From Octopus bimaculoides (lineage: Eukaryota), in NCBI RefSeq assembly GCF_001194135.2, contig NC_068982.1:21828752-21892751 (forward strand): DNA of 64,000 bases, read 5' to 3'. This document shows positions 1 to 12,616 of this stretch, piece by piece; position 1 is the stretch's first letter; each line of letters opens with the position of its first letter. The notes under the pieces were generated by a model. The model searched no databases. It was not told the DNA's origin and saw only the letters and a program-made list of their open reading frames with translations. Made by a program: the position numbers and the translations under genes.

Positions 1-499
1 AGGTTAAAGGTCTCCCCAGTTTTATTTCTTTATTCTAAAGACAGTGTGTCTACTCTCTTCGTAAGGATTGCACTAATCAGTCTATTCGTTAAAACTAGAG
101 TTTTCAGAGCCCCTATGGGAACAGTGCTTCCTAATAGTTCAGTCATTAATCCTAACATCTGCGCTGACAAGGAAGTTTGATGGTTACTACATCCGTTCCA
201 CGCGTACTGCTCTTAATATCTCTTGGCAGTCGCACTCAATTAGCAAGATCTTATGTAGGCCTCTTCCGAAAACTTCAGCTGTCATAAGAAAGCATCGTCT
301 AGCTCTTGCTAGACACAATGTAATGAGACACAATGAAACTGTTGCGAGTGTTCTATTATGGTCCCCCGTTGTCACGCGTAGACGTGGTCACCCGAACCTG
401 ACCTTCAAGAAAATCATTGAAGAAGACGTTGGACTACATGGTGGTGTCTTTACGAACGCAGTGCAACACCGTGATGCATGGAGGAACCTTACACTGTAA
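1..499 (+). mobile_element. Decayed RTE-like non-LTR retrotransposon, ORF2 C-terminal fragment
   Basis: Manual translation of about 150-499 gives LTSALTRKFDGYYIRSTRTALNISWQSH..LPKTSAVIRKHRLALARH..VLLWSP..RRRGHPNLTF..HRDAWR*. This matches the remembered RTE-type ORF2 tail (LDGCYTRMLRAALNISW..RRLRLAGH..LLW..RGRP). A frameshift lies upstream. Confidence 0.7.
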
Positions 500-867
500 C
501 CAATTCGTGCTGGATGTTTAAAATATCTTCAAGATTTAATTCATGTTTTCGATTTCGTTTCGTAATCAAGGTTGTTTGAGATATCCCGGTTATCTCAGAA
601 TTATATTTATTAAACATTTTTTTCTGTTTCATAAAAGTTTATTTCAGAAGAGATTCAAATAAATCAGAAAACNNNNNNNNNNNNNNNNNNNNNNNNNNNN
701 NNNNNNNNNNNNNNNNNNNNNNNNNNNNNNNNNNNNNNNNNNNNNNNNNGTCTCCTATAAATTCGTATAAAAATATTTCTTTTCCGGTAGGATCACCTCA
801 CTACCTACAGGCGTCAAGATTTTCCTAGTGAAGAAAAGATACTCAGGATATATCTAAAAATCACATT

Positions 868-1168
868 TATTCTTTTTATTATGCGCCCTTTTAAAGCCTA
901 GCCAGGCGCATGAACCCGGTTTCTATGGCGTATGTTTTCTCCCCAGCTGGACGGGACGCCAGTCCATCGCAGCGTTACTCAAGAAACAGTGAGAGAAAGT
1001 TGGGGTGAAAGAGTACAACAGGAGTCGCCACCACCCTTGCCGGAGCCTCGTGGAGCTTTTTAGGTGTTTTCGCTCAATAAACACACACAACGCCCGATCT
1101 GGGAATCGAAACCGCGATCCTCCGACAGCGAATCCGCTGCCATAACCACTGGTCCATTGCGCCTCCAC
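868..1168 (-). mobile_element. tRNA-derived SINE family D, tail type 1, full length
   Basis: Minus-strand head gtggaggcgcaatggaccagtggtta..ggtttcgattcc has A- and B-box-like motifs. 12-bp TSD aaaaatcacatt at 856-867 and 1169-1180. 5' half shared with 19408-19794. Confidence 0.9.
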
Positions 1169-2386
1169 AAAAATCACATTAAGTTGCATAAAACACAAAA
1201 ATGACTTAAACTGCATTTGCGTATAATTAACCTGTTTAACACTGATTCTCGCGCGAACCAGTCAAACCCTCGAATGATATTAGGCTTATAAGAAACCCGG
1301 GATGAGTAACACAAATTTGAAAAGGGATGCTTCAATGCGCCAATTAATAATACAGGTTATTATTTTTCACAGATTATTATTTTCCCCATCAACACGATAG
1401 CATAATAAAAGGTGGATGGGTTTACTCAATTTCTTTGGCAATCCTTCACTTCCAGCTGCCGGCTGGATGATATTTTATCAACTATAAATTAATTAAAAGG
1501 AAATGTCAACCTTGTGGGGATTTGAACTCTATATATGAATTAATAATAACCAAATAGCAAACGGCATTTTCACGATATTCTACCAATTCTGTCATAATAA
1601 ATACGAGGAGGAAGGCAAACAGATGAAGAGCAAGCAGACATACAACATATAATATACTATATATATATATGCACACAAGAATACATATATACTCATATAC
1701 ACACATATATGTCTAATGTATGTATACATGATTTACTATTTTCATGCAAGTGGTTAAACTTAAAAATAGACAGCATCTAACTGCTTTGTTACGCGGTTTT
1801 TCTCCGTCTTCCATCTTCTCCTTCCATCTCACCACTCTTATATTCACATGTAACAATATTGATTAAGCAAAACTACCCATTGATCTTTTACTGTAGCTAA
1901 CCGATTATGTCTGCTGCATGTCATCGATCCATCTACTCTACACGCTTGAAAATATATGCCAATCAATTCTTCAGGAAGAAATATGCCTAAAATACAACTG
2001 ATTTTGCCTATTTAGCTATCCATGCGTATATCGACGTTTCTGGATGGAAGTGCTGGTAGTGGTGGGGTGTTTACAGGCTTCTATATATATAATGTTTGTA
2101 TGAGGGCGACGTTGAATATGTGTATGTGCGCATGTGTGATGTTGAGTGTGTGTATATGATTCTGTCGGTGAATATTCGTGTGTTTGACGGGGAATATGTT
2201 TGTGACGTTTTGAGATATGACGATGCATATTTGTAATGAGTATTCTCTGTATATTTCTATGCGTTTGGGTTTTCACATACAAGACATACACACATATGAG
2301 CATATATATCCGTGCTTGGTTACGTTTTATCAATATGCCACCGATTGATGTGTGGGTGTGAGAGTGATTGTGTATGTGTGTATCTA

Positions 2387-2478
<92 letters not shown>

Positions 2479-3291
2479 GAGAGATAGAGACAGATAGTCA
2501 GACAGAGAGTACTATGAAAAATATATTTCGCATCGTTATACAATCAGCTCGCCTGAATCATAATCGCCGTCAAGTCACAGATATTCTCATTCTTACGCAT
2601 GCACACAATCTCTGACACACACACATACACAAGCATTCAGTGTCAAAATCTTCCTTGCAGAAATTAATAAATATGTACTCTACTAAGATGTATTGAGCAA
2701 TCCTTCGGTTCGATGTTACATTGTTTATAAAAATAACTTCACAGAAAGCACACACATACATATGTACGTGAATATCCTTATTTATGCATATTGTACAGAT
2801 ATATATGATCTAATATATATTGTCCGTGGTGGAAGATACTTCATACATTTTACACCTTTGAATAATACTCGTTTCACGGAGGATGGACAAATCATAGAAA
2901 CAGTAGTTTCTGTGATCTGGCCCTTCAAGTTACTGAATGGTATACACATGATAGTGCGATTTCCCCTAACACGTAAACTATATTGCATCATCATACCGCT
3001 TATTCAACCAGGTGAAAAGATCCTGAGAATATAATGGAAAATTACTTCTCGGTTCTGTATAAAATCAGGACAATCATATCATTTTCGTTGATTATAACGT
3101 TAGGATCAGACCAGTCTGCAAAACATGAGCGGCTTTCGTTGGAAGCTATGGAATCATAGAGTGGAACTGTAGTACAAGAACAGTAGCATTTAGTTGCTCA
3201 GTGTATGAGATAGAACACAGCCTGCTTATATTAGTATTGTTACCCCCTAGCCAACATAAGATACTATGGATGTGCAACTAATCTAAATATT

Positions 3292-3493
3292 GGTTTGAAA
3301 TTTTGGAACATGGCCAACAATGCTGGGGGTGGGAGTGAGTCGATTGTATCGAACCTAGTGCTCAAATGATATTTATGCGAAGATGAAAGGTAAAGTAGAC
3401 CTCGGCAGAATTTGATCTCAGAACATGAAGATGGACGAGAAATGCTGCTAAGCATTTTGCCCGGCATGCTAGCGATTCTGCCAGCGCACTGCC
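3292..3493 (-). mobile_element. SINE family A, diverged
   Basis: Similar to 15720-15914 (gacctcggcagaatttgatctcagaac..ctaagcattttgcccggc..ttctgccagc). Confidence 0.75.
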
Positions 3494-3974
3494 GTACCTA
3501 CTCTAAATATTGGCATCATGTAGATTATGGTATAGTAAGGAAGAGTAAAAATAATGGTGTGAGGATAATCAAGACCATCTGCTACGCTGACTATAAAATA
3601 CAGCGTATCCCAGAATAATATCCGTATTCAGCCCAGGACATTCTCATAGCGAAAGCTGTCTAGGAACTTTATCATCAGCAAATTGCGCTTAGCGTGTGTT
3701 AAACAGAAAGTGAGGTTCTTAGAGAATTTGAAATCTCTGAATTCTGTTTAACATTAAAAGGAAAGTCTGAGTAGATTTTTAAAAGCTATTCAGTTTCTCA
3801 GCGTGTATAAGTTAGCCTTTAGAGGAGTATTGTTCTTGTATGCGCACAATAGCAGATGCAGATTTCGAATCCCACAAACAACAATTATTTTTCATTTTGT
3901 ATCAGAAGCATATAAAATCCGTTAAAACCTGATAAAAGCGTTACTAGTATGTGATCGTCACTATATAGGGTCAG

Positions 3975-4124
3975 ACATGGCTAACCACATGGTTCTAGGT
4001 TCCCAAACCACATGGTTCTGGGTCCAGCCCGACTGCGTGGAATCTTAGACAAGTGTCTTCTGTTATAGCCCCGGGCCGACTAAAGCCTTGTGAGTGGATT
4101 TGGTAAACGGAAACTGAATGAAGC

Positions 4125-4159
<35 letters not shown>

Positions 4160-4160
4160 C
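3975..4160 (+). mobile_element. SINE family B, 5' half ending in (TG)n
   Basis: aaccacatggttc (locally duplicated)..gacaagtgtcttctg..gggccgactaaagccttgtgagtggatttgg, as in the other family B copies. Confidence 0.8.
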
Positions 4161-4197
4161 TATGTGTGTGTGTGTATCATTGTGTCTGTGGTATGTA

Positions 4198-4300
4198 TGT
4201 ATTTCAAGATTTCTAGCCAATAGAGAAAGAGCCGGTTTCTAAACTAGATCCAGGGTTCCTTCATGGGATTTTTAACATCAACAACAGAATATTTTTATAT
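4198..4300. repeat. Unclassified interspersed repeat (family E), second copy at about 37060-37140
   Basis: tatttcaagat..gccaatag(a/g)gaaaga(g/a)ccggtttctaa(a/c)ctagatcca occurs at both loci. Confidence 0.7.
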
Positions 4301-4334
4301 CTATGTAATAATATAAATAATGTATATATGCATA

Positions 4335-4490
4335 TGTTGGTACTCCGTCGGTTACGACGACGAGTGTTCCAGTTGATCCGATCAACGGTACAGACACGTG
4401 TACCATTAACGTAGTTCTTGGGGAGATTCAGCGTGACACAGAGTGTGACAAGGCTAGCCCTTTAAAATACAGGTACAACAGAAACAGAAA
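4335..4490 (-). mobile_element. SINE family D, tail type 2, 3' fragment with internal deletion
   Basis: tactccgtcggttacgacga..gttgatccgatcaacgg..cagcgtgacacagagtgtgacaaggct matches 19408-19600. Confidence 0.85.
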
Positions 4491-5117
4491 TACAGAGTTA
4501 TGTATGTATGTATATATATATATANNNNNNNNNNNNNNNNNNNNNNNNNNNNNNNNNNNNNNNNNNNNNNNNNNNNNNNNNNNNNNNNNNNNNNNNNNNN
4601 NNNNNNNNNNNNNNNNNNNNNNNNNNNNNNNNNNNNNNNNNNNNNNNNNNNNNNNNNNNNNNNNNNNNNNNNNNNNNNNNNNNNNNNNNNNNNNNNNNNN
4701 NNNNNNNNNNNNNNNNNNNNNNNNNNNNNNNNNNNNNNNNNNNNNNNNNNNNNNNNNNNNNNNNNNNNNNNNNNNNNNNNNNNNNNNNNNNNNNNNNNNN
4801 NNNNNNNNNNNNNNNNNNNNNNNNNNNNNNNNNNNNNNNNNNNNNNNNNNNNNNNNNNNNNNNNNNNNNNNNNNNNNNNNNNNNNNNNNNNNNNNNNNNN
4901 NNNNNNNNNNNNNNNNNNNNNNNNNNNNNNNNNNNNNNNNNNNNNNNNNNNNNNNNNNNNNNNNNNNNNNNNNNNNNNNNNNNNNNNNNNNNNNNNNNNN
5001 NNNNNNNNNNNNNNNNNNNNNNNNNNNNNNNNNNNNNNNNNNNNNNNNNNNNNNNNNNNNNNNNNNNNNNNNNNNNNNNNNNNNNNNNNNNNNNNNNNNN
5101 NNNNNNNNNNNNNNNNN

Positions 5118-5565
5118 TCCAAACCAGATGGTTTCCGGTTCAGTCCTCCTGCGTGGCACCTCGGGCAAGTGTCTTCTAATATAGCCTCGGGCCGACCAAA
5201 GCCTTGTGAACGGATTTGCTACACGGAAACTGAAAGAAGCCCGTCGTGTGTACATTTATATATATGTATGTGTGTATGCGTGTGTGTGTGTGAGTGTGTG
5301 TGTGAGTGTGTATGTGTATATATGTATGTATGTGTGTGTATATGTATGTGTGTATATATGTATGTGTGTGTATGTGCCTTGACAACCGATGCTGGTGCGT
5401 TTACGTCCCTGTAACTTAGCGGTTGTGCAAAAGCGGCCGACAGAATAAGTACTAGGCTTACAAAGAATAATTCCTGGGGTCGATTTCTTCAACTAAAGGC
5501 GGTGCTCCAGCGCGACCGCAGTCAAATGACTGAAAAAAAGTAAAAGAATATAAGAATAATAGAAT
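5118..5565 (+). mobile_element. SINE family B (CORE-like central motif, internal microsatellite)
   Basis: ggttcagtcc..cctcgggcaagtgtcttct..gaaactgaaagaagcccgtcg, then (TG/TA)n, then ttgacaaccgatgctgg..ggggtcgattt..ggcggtgctccagc..aaagaata tail. Confidence 0.9.
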
Positions 5566-5570
5566 ATATA

Positions 5571-5803
5571 CAGGATTGGCCAAAAGTCATCTGACCGTAA
5601 ACCAAAACCATTTATTTCCAAGATTTATTTATGTTTAACCACTGAATGAATTTAATAAAAGCATCTAAATATGAAACATAATGAAAATTGTTCTAACTGA
5701 AGTCCTTCTCGTAAACATTCATAATTGGGATGAATAAATGAAATTGAATATTAAGCAATTAGGGAATTTTGATTTACTGTCGGGTAAACTTTGGCCAACT
5801 CAG
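5571..5803. mobile_element. Tc1/mariner-type MITE
   Basis: Imperfect TIRs of about 30 bp (caggattggccaaaagtcatctgaccgtaaa / tttactgtcgggtaaactttggccaactcag). TA on both sides (5569-70, 5804-05). AT-rich interior. Confidence 0.7.
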
Positions 5804-5957
5804 TATATGTATACATATATGTGTGTATGTGTGTGCGTGTGTGTGTGTGTATACATAGATATATGCATGTATAGATATGTATATATGTATGCAGATGTAT
5901 ATATTTATATGTTTAAATATGTATGTATGTATGTATGTATATGCAACAAAAGTTCTT

Positions 5958-6012
5958 GCTCAGGGTTTCGCGTTACCGTTCGTCGAACGAACGGTAACGT
6001 GAAACTCTGAGC
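5958..6012. repeat. Near-perfect foldback (26-bp stem, 3-nt loop) heading an unclassified repeat that runs to about 6104
   Basis: gctcagggtttcgcgttaccgttcgt-cga-acgaacggtaacgtgaaactctgagc; 24 Watson-Crick plus 2 G.T pairs. Confidence 0.9.
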
Positions 6013-6104
6013 GACAATTATTTTGATACTTTTGCTGCTTTTAAATAAAGCATATTTTTCTACCTCTGGTATTTGAGTACTCTTTTTTCCACCTTGGTTC
6101 ACCT

Positions 6105-6241
6105 TTTGCTTACCAACCACATGGTTCCGGGTTCAGTCCCACTGCGTGGCATCTTGGGCAAGTGTCTTCTACTATAGCCTCGGGCCGACCAAAGCCTTGT
6201 GAGTGAATTTGGTAGACGGAAACTGAAAGAAGCCCGTCGTA

Positions 6242-6279
<38 letters not shown>

Positions 6280-6412
6280 NNNNNNNNNNNNNNNNNNNNN
6301 NNNNNNNNNNNNNNNNNNNNNNNNNNNNNNNNNNNNNNNNNNNNNNNNNNNNNNNNNNNNNNNNNNNNNNNNNNNNNNNNNNNNNNNNNNNNNNNNNNNN
6401 NNNNNNNNNNNN

Positions 6413-6474
<62 letters not shown>

Positions 6475-6704
6475 TGTGTGTGTGTGTTCGTCTGTCTGTG
6501 TTTGTCCACCTAGCATTGCTTGACAGCCGATGCTGGTGTGCTTATGTCCTCGTCACCTAGCGGTTCGGCAAAATAAACGGCTAGAATAAGTACTTGGCTT
6601 ACAAAGAATAAGTGCTGGGGTCGATTTGCTCGACTAAATGCGGTGTTCCTGCATGGCCGCAGTCAAATGACTGAAACAAGTAAGAGAGTAAAGAGTAAAG
6701 AGTA
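6105..6704 (+). mobile_element. SINE family B spanning an assembly gap
   Basis: 5' half at 6105-6240, then (TA)n/N/(TG)n, then 3' half ending ggccgcagtcaaatgactgaaacaag(taaagag)n. Confidence 0.9.
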
Positions 6705-6879
6705 TATGACTGTGATTTTAGACGTGGCTGAATTTTAACATAGTAACAATACATCGTCGGAACCGACCACGGAGAACATTAAAGCAAGAATGCAAACCCA
6801 ATCCTGAAGATATCTAATAGTGGAACGGTATTCCTATCTAGTTTTCCCGCTTGGGACTGTCTTCATTATGCATGTATTT

Positions 6880-7385
6880 AAAATACGTTGTACACGACAA
6901 CCATCATCTTTGTCAACGCTCACCAGCTGTCTATTTAAAATTGTATATGACAATACTACGTCCATACTTAGAATTTGCATCACCATTCTAGAGCTTTTAT
7001 CTTGCTCAGTATATCAGTCTCCTGGAAATTGTTCAGAAACATGCAACTAAACGAATACCCGCCGTCAGGCATCTACAACACACTGTTTCCATGGGTACAC
7101 ATTAAAGCTCCGACGCCTGATAATTGACTTGATAGACACCCACAAGATTATCCACCCTCTTTCCAACAACAGCCCTGAGCACCTTCTTGAATTCCTTATG
7201 TCAAAATCTTCGTAGACATACAAAATCAAAAACCAATAGAGCACCCATAACTTTCGAAAACATTTTTTCACGCTCAGAAGAGCTGAAGTATGGAATAAAC
7301 TACCTGTTTCAGTTGTTAACTGCTGAGACTCTACATCCTTCAAAACTTCCATGCTTCCTGAAATTTGCCAGCTGTACACCTGATA
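6880..7385 (+). mobile_element. Decayed CR1-clade LINE, ORF2 3' end
   Basis: Frameshifted translation LYMTILRPYLEFASPF..LLEIVQKHATKRIP..LRRLIIDLIDTHKII..FRKHFFTLRRAEVWNKLPVSVV..SFK matches the CR1 ORF2 tail (LVRPHLEY..VQRRATK..RKHFFSQRVVNVWNSLP). Confidence 0.85.
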
Positions 7386-7943
7386 GCCCCCCCCACCCTC
7401 TTTTATTCTTATTTTTTTCCAGTTGTAGTGCATTTGAGCACTGTATACAACAAGTTCGTTATTATTATTTTTTTGAAACCCAATATAAACATCCACCAAA
7501 AATTTGCATTTCGCTTTTGGCCTTTGTTAATATGTGTGTCTATTCAATTAATTCGAGTGTTCTTATATTTTATAAACTGCTGAAGTTATAATTCTGAAAT
7601 TTGCGGCAAATTACTATGCACAGAAAATAATTTTCTTAGGATAACATTTAGTAATTAGTCAATTAATTTAATTTATTAATTTATTTATTTAGTTAGTTAG
7701 TTTGTTAAATATTTACTTTGAAACACAATAAAATACGTATAATGGCAAACTGTATAATTCCTTTGAAAATTACTATTTTTAAATCTCACAACGTGAGATA
7801 TTCAGCAACAGTACTTTGCAGTAAAGATTGTTTGCCAGCATAACATGGCAGTCCATCGTCTCTAGCTGGCTATAGGACACGATATGTGGCCTTATATTTT
7901 CGAACAAGGGAATATAGCACCCCAACTCAGCTCAGAACAATAT

Positions 7944-7986
7944 CTGTGTATCGCGATTTCTGGGTTATTTCTCTTCGTCAGTACAG
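7944..7986 (-). ncRNA. Degenerate minimal hammerhead-like motif
   Basis: Minus strand CUGUA-CUGACGA-AGAGAAAUAACCCA-GAAAUCGCGAUA-CACAG: palindromic stem III (AUCGCGAU), 4-bp stem I, weak stem II. Confidence 0.4.
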
Positions 7987-8203
7987 AATAATTGTTCGGC
8001 TAGTGGTGGCGCTGCCAAATTCCCGTTCGAAATATATATTCCTATTAAAATACCACTCATAGGTTATAGGTCAAACTGTGAGCTTACTTTAGAAGACATT
8101 GGAATTGCAGTGAAGTGAGGGCAAACCTGGAATGCGGCTCTTCTGAGATGATGTTCATAAACACAAGATTTTGGAATCTGCTCCCTGTGTGTGTGTGTAT
8201 GTG

Positions 8204-8239
<36 letters not shown>

Positions 8240-8317
8240 TGTTTGTGTGTGTTTGTGTGTNNNNNNNNNNTGTGTGTGTTTGTTTGTGTGTGTTTGTGTG
8301 TGTGTGTGCGTGTGTGT

Positions 8318-8496
8318 GTTTCCCACCACTGCTTTACAACCAGTTTTAGCGTGTTTACGTTCCGGTAACTTAGCGGTTCAGCGCCAGTAACCGATAGAAT
8401 TAGTACCAGGTTTTAAAAGACATGGGGACTGGGGTTGATTCATTCGACTGCATGACCGCAGTCTAATGATCGAAACATGTGAGAAAATAAAAGAAT
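8318..8496 (+). mobile_element. SINE family B, 3' half, diverged
   Basis: gtgtttacgttccggtaacttagcggttc..ctggggttgattcattcgact..gaccgcagtctaatgatcgaaaca. Confidence 0.75.
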
Positions 8497-8529
8497 ATAC
8501 AAACACCAGAAAAGCGTTTTGCATGTGTG

Positions 8530-8732
8530 TACTCTTTCACTTGTTTCAATCAATTGACTGCGGCCATGCTGGAGCACCGCCTTTTAGTCGAGCAAATCGA
8601 CCCCAGGACTCATCCTTTGTAAACCTAGTACTTATTATCTCAGTATCTTTTGTCGAACCGCTAAATAACAGGGACGTAAACACACTAGCATCGGTTGCGA
8701 AGCGATGTTGGGGGACAAACACATACACACAA

Positions 8733-8765
<33 letters not shown>

Positions 8766-8943
8766 CATATACATATCTACGACGGGCTTCTTTCAGTTTC
8801 CGTCTACCAAATCCACTCACAAGGCTTTGGTCGGCCTGAAGCTATAGTAAAAGACATTTGCCCAAGATGCCACGCAGTGTGACTGAAACCGGAACCATGT
8901 GGTTGGTAAGTAAGCTACTTACCACACAGCCACTCCTGCGCCT
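8530..8943 (-). mobile_element. SINE family B, full length
   Basis: Minus head aggcgcaggagtggctgtgtggtaag..ggttccggtttcagtc is tRNA-like. Internal (CA)/(TA). Complete 3' tail. Confidence 0.9.
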
Positions 8944-9685
8944 GTATGTACATGAATATGGAATGACACCACTGGGATTTGAACAACTGCTCTCTCCATA
9001 AGCTACCTGCCGAGCTAAACCTTTTGAGTAAGTTTCGGTGGCGTAGTGAAAAACTCTTCCAATGGTATACGGCAGTTATTCCGGTAACCAACCTCATCAC
9101 CCTTATTATGCACTGTTTGCCAGTTTTGTCTCACATTTTCGACAGAGAATGATATTAGAGATATAATTGCTACGAAATATTCAACCACTTCAGATATATT
9201 CGTAGTTCCGTTTATGAAACAAATGAAATACGCATAATCGAATCCGACGCTAGATCCATCTATATTGATATAGATTTTTCAATTTCAGAAATTACTAGAA
9301 TTTGCGAGAAAGCGATAAAATTTATTATTTTATAATTGATAGTTATCATAGCAATATTCATTCCAGCGAGGCAAATTCTAACTGGTATGTAGGTAAAAGT
9401 CGAGAATGATATTTTTCGTTTTTCATTTGTTTATATAAAACTGTCTGCCGTTTAATAGTATTTGTCTGAATATATTAGGCACTATTTAATTTTCGAAATA
9501 TCCTTACTTTATTATTGCTATGTACTTTTCTAATTATCCTAATTACCGGTGGCCAAAAATAATTTTTAAAATAGCTCATAGATTCTATTTTTTCTTTTTC
9601 TTTTTACTTTCATTTTTTATTTTGTTATGAATAAAGGACGGCCAGTTAGCACAATTGTTAAAGTGGTCGGCAGAATGTTGAGATC

Positions 9686-9746
9686 TGTCTGTCCTTGTTT
9701 GTCCCCTCTATGTTTAGCCCCTTGAGGGCAATAAAGAAATAAGAAT
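9686..9746 (+). mobile_element. SINE family A, tail-X fragment
   Basis: ctgtctgtccttgtttgtcccctctatgtttagccccttgagggcaataaagaaataagaa. Confidence 0.8.
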
Positions 9747-9811
9747 ATGTTGAGATTTATATTCCTAGATATACGAATATACACACGCACACACACACAC
9801 GCATATACACG

Positions 9812-9848
<37 letters not shown>

Positions 9849-10198
9849 TTAAGTACGTTTTTATGTTCAATTATAATAAAACGCGGTTGACAGTGACTTC
9901 AAATTTTCGGCCAGCTAAGCCATCGTCAGACAATCAGATAGTGGGATGGCTTCGAAGTCACTGTCAACAACATTCTTGTTTAAGAATAACAGGCACCCAC
10001 ACTCACGCACACACACACACACACACATCATCATCATTAATGTTGCAAAACTGAGTTATACATCTGGTCGATAACCGATGAAGAATTAGGAACCTTTTGT
10101 GTCTGTTTTCCGTCCGTTTGTGCACTCAATATACGTTATAAGCCTTTTACATGTCGTTTGTGTATTTCCAATACATTTTTTTCATCTATTATATATAT

Positions 10199-10349
10199 AA
10201 GTAGCTTGCTTACCAGCCACTTGGTTCCGGGTTCAGTCCCACTGCGTGACACTTTGGGCAAGCGTCTTCTACTACAGCCTCAGGCGGACCAAAGCTTTCT
10301 GAGTGGATCTGGTAGACGGAAAATTAAAGAAGCCCATCGTATATATATA

Positions 10350-10399
<50 letters not shown>

Positions 10400-10540
10400 C
10401 CTGTCTGTCTGTCTGTGTGTGTGTGAGTATGTGTGTGTGTGTGTGTGTATGTTTATGTGTCTGTATTTGTCCCCCACCATCACTTGACAACCGATGTTGG
10501 GCCGATTTGTTCGACTAAAGATGGTGATCCAGCACGGCAG
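10199..10540 (+). mobile_element. SINE family B with an internal deletion in the 3' half
   Basis: taagtagcttgcttacc..ggttcagtcccactgcg..gaagcccatcg-(TG)n-ttgacaaccgatgttgg joined directly to ccgatttgttcgactaaag. Confidence 0.85.
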
Positions 10541-10640
10541 NNNNNNNNNNNNNNNNNNNNNNNNNNNNNNNNNNNNNNNNNNNNNNNNNNNNNNNNNNNN
10601 NNNNNNNNNNNNNNNNNNNNNNNNNNNNNNNNNNNNNNNN

Positions 10641-10677
<37 letters not shown>

Positions 10678-11688
10678 GCACACGCATGTACTCACATATA
10701 TATATGTGTATGTACATACCCATAGTTGCATTTACACGTATGTATACTTTTTGCTGTGCTCTTAGTAAGGGGCAGTTCACATTACCTCCCTGGGTCCTGC
10801 TAGACCGGTGAGCTTCACTTCAGGAGAGACACGAGCAAGGAGAAAACAGTCCACAGAATCAATGTAACTAGCTTGAAGAACCGGGAATAATCGCAAGTGT
10901 GATGCCGGACTTGGATTAGATAACTGTGTCTGAGACCGTGTGGCAAATGGCTCGGTGTTGCTGAGTGGTGGGTACACGTGATCAAGCCCTTCCGTGAAGC
11001 AGAGGCTATTATAAAAGCGATAGATAAGACAAATATAGAAAACTGCAAGAGGCTGGAGCATGTCTGCTACTGTTTTAATGCTAATAATTCGGTTTGACCT
11101 CATGGGGATGCTGTTCTGTGTCTGTGAGTGTAGCACCAGTTTAGTCTGTAGGCGAAATAAGAGTACGGTCTATGTATGTAGTATCAACAACAATTTCCAT
11201 TCGCAGAACACGGTCGTCCCATCTAAGATGATGTCGGTTAATTATAGTTTCAATGGAGGAGATATTAGGTTGCTTGAGTTAATTTAGATATTGCATATTA
11301 ATTGTAGAGATGTCAGAGATCTATAGCAGAGTGCGTACGCAGTAGAACAAATTACATACACATTCACACATGCAGACATCCACATGCACACACAGCGAAG
11401 CACACACACACGCATACAAAGTCTCACACTCGCAGACTCAAGCCTAATTGTTTCTCACACAGGCGCAAGTAGGGAGATTAAACTCAACAAATCAAGAATC
11501 TAAGCAGAGGTACGACCGTATCATTAAGGAGGTCACTTTGCAATCATGTAGCTTCGAGTTCAATACCGCTGCACGGCACATTCGTGTTTTCTGCTATAGT
11601 GCTTTCTACTACAGCCACGGAGCAACTGATTCCTTGTGAATAAATTTGGTAGATGGAATATGTGTGCAAGCCTATTGTAAATATACTT

Positions 11689-11746
<58 letters not shown>

Positions 11747-11754
11747 CGCTTGGA

Positions 11755-11963
11755 TGGCGTCGAGCTGGCAAAATCGTTAGCACATCGGGCGAAATGCTTA
11801 ACGGTATTTCGTCTGCCGTTACTTTCTGAGTTCAAATTCCGCCGAGGTCGACTTTCCATTTCATCCTTTCGGGGTCGATTGAATAAGTAGCTGTTACGCA
11901 CTGGGGTCAATGTAATCGACTTCATCCATTTGTCTGTCTTTGTTTATCCCCTCTATGTTTAGC
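11755..11963 (+). mobile_element. SINE family A (tRNA head plus Meta-like central domain)
   Basis: gagctggcaaaatcgttagc (A box)..gagttcaaattcc (B box)..gtcgactttccatttcatcctttcggggtcgat. Confidence 0.9.
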
Positions 11964-12554
11964 ATATATATGTGTGTGTATATATATATATATATGGAAT
12001 CAAGTTTCGATCATTATTTTGTACCACCAAGCCCCTAGAAACAGCTGTTGGACGCGTAAAATTCTTATTCAATCCCTTTTAATTCCTGATACCATTCCTA
12101 TTCTGTGTAAGTCGGACTTTTTATATGTATGCATACATACTTATAAAAATATATTTCTCTTTGTATTAAATGTATTTAATATTTTTTGGCATATCGACTT
12201 GCACAGCTTGCTTGTCCTTACATTAACCTGCTCAAGTTCAAATCTCTTGAGCACAACGAAGTATATTCTATACAGAGAATACCTGTTCCAAATCTAATAA
12301 ATCTATAAAAGCTATAAAATCTATCAATTATATATAACATGTATACACACACACACACACACACATTCCAGATTAAATTTTATGTTTATAGATTTATTAN
12401 NNNNNNNNNNNNNNNNNNNNNNNNNNNNNNNNNNNNNNNNNNNNNNNNNNNNNNNNNNNNNNNNNAGATTAGGAACAGGTATAGATATACTCGTATGTGT
12501 GTATGTATGTATACATGTAAGTATGTAGGTTTTTAAGTAGGTAGGTTGTTAGAT

Positions 12555-12616
<62 letters not shown>

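Noticed and set aside
2997-3022. 26-nt minus-strand microexon candidate (DLFTWLNK)
   Set aside because: AG/GTATGA signals this short arise by chance in AT-rich DNA; nothing else supports it.
4198-4290. Hammerhead-like fold in family E (minus: hairpin followed by GAAACCGG)
   Set aside because: The core lacks the invariant U4/G5 in both copies (CCAAUGA at 37.1 kb, CCCAUGA here).
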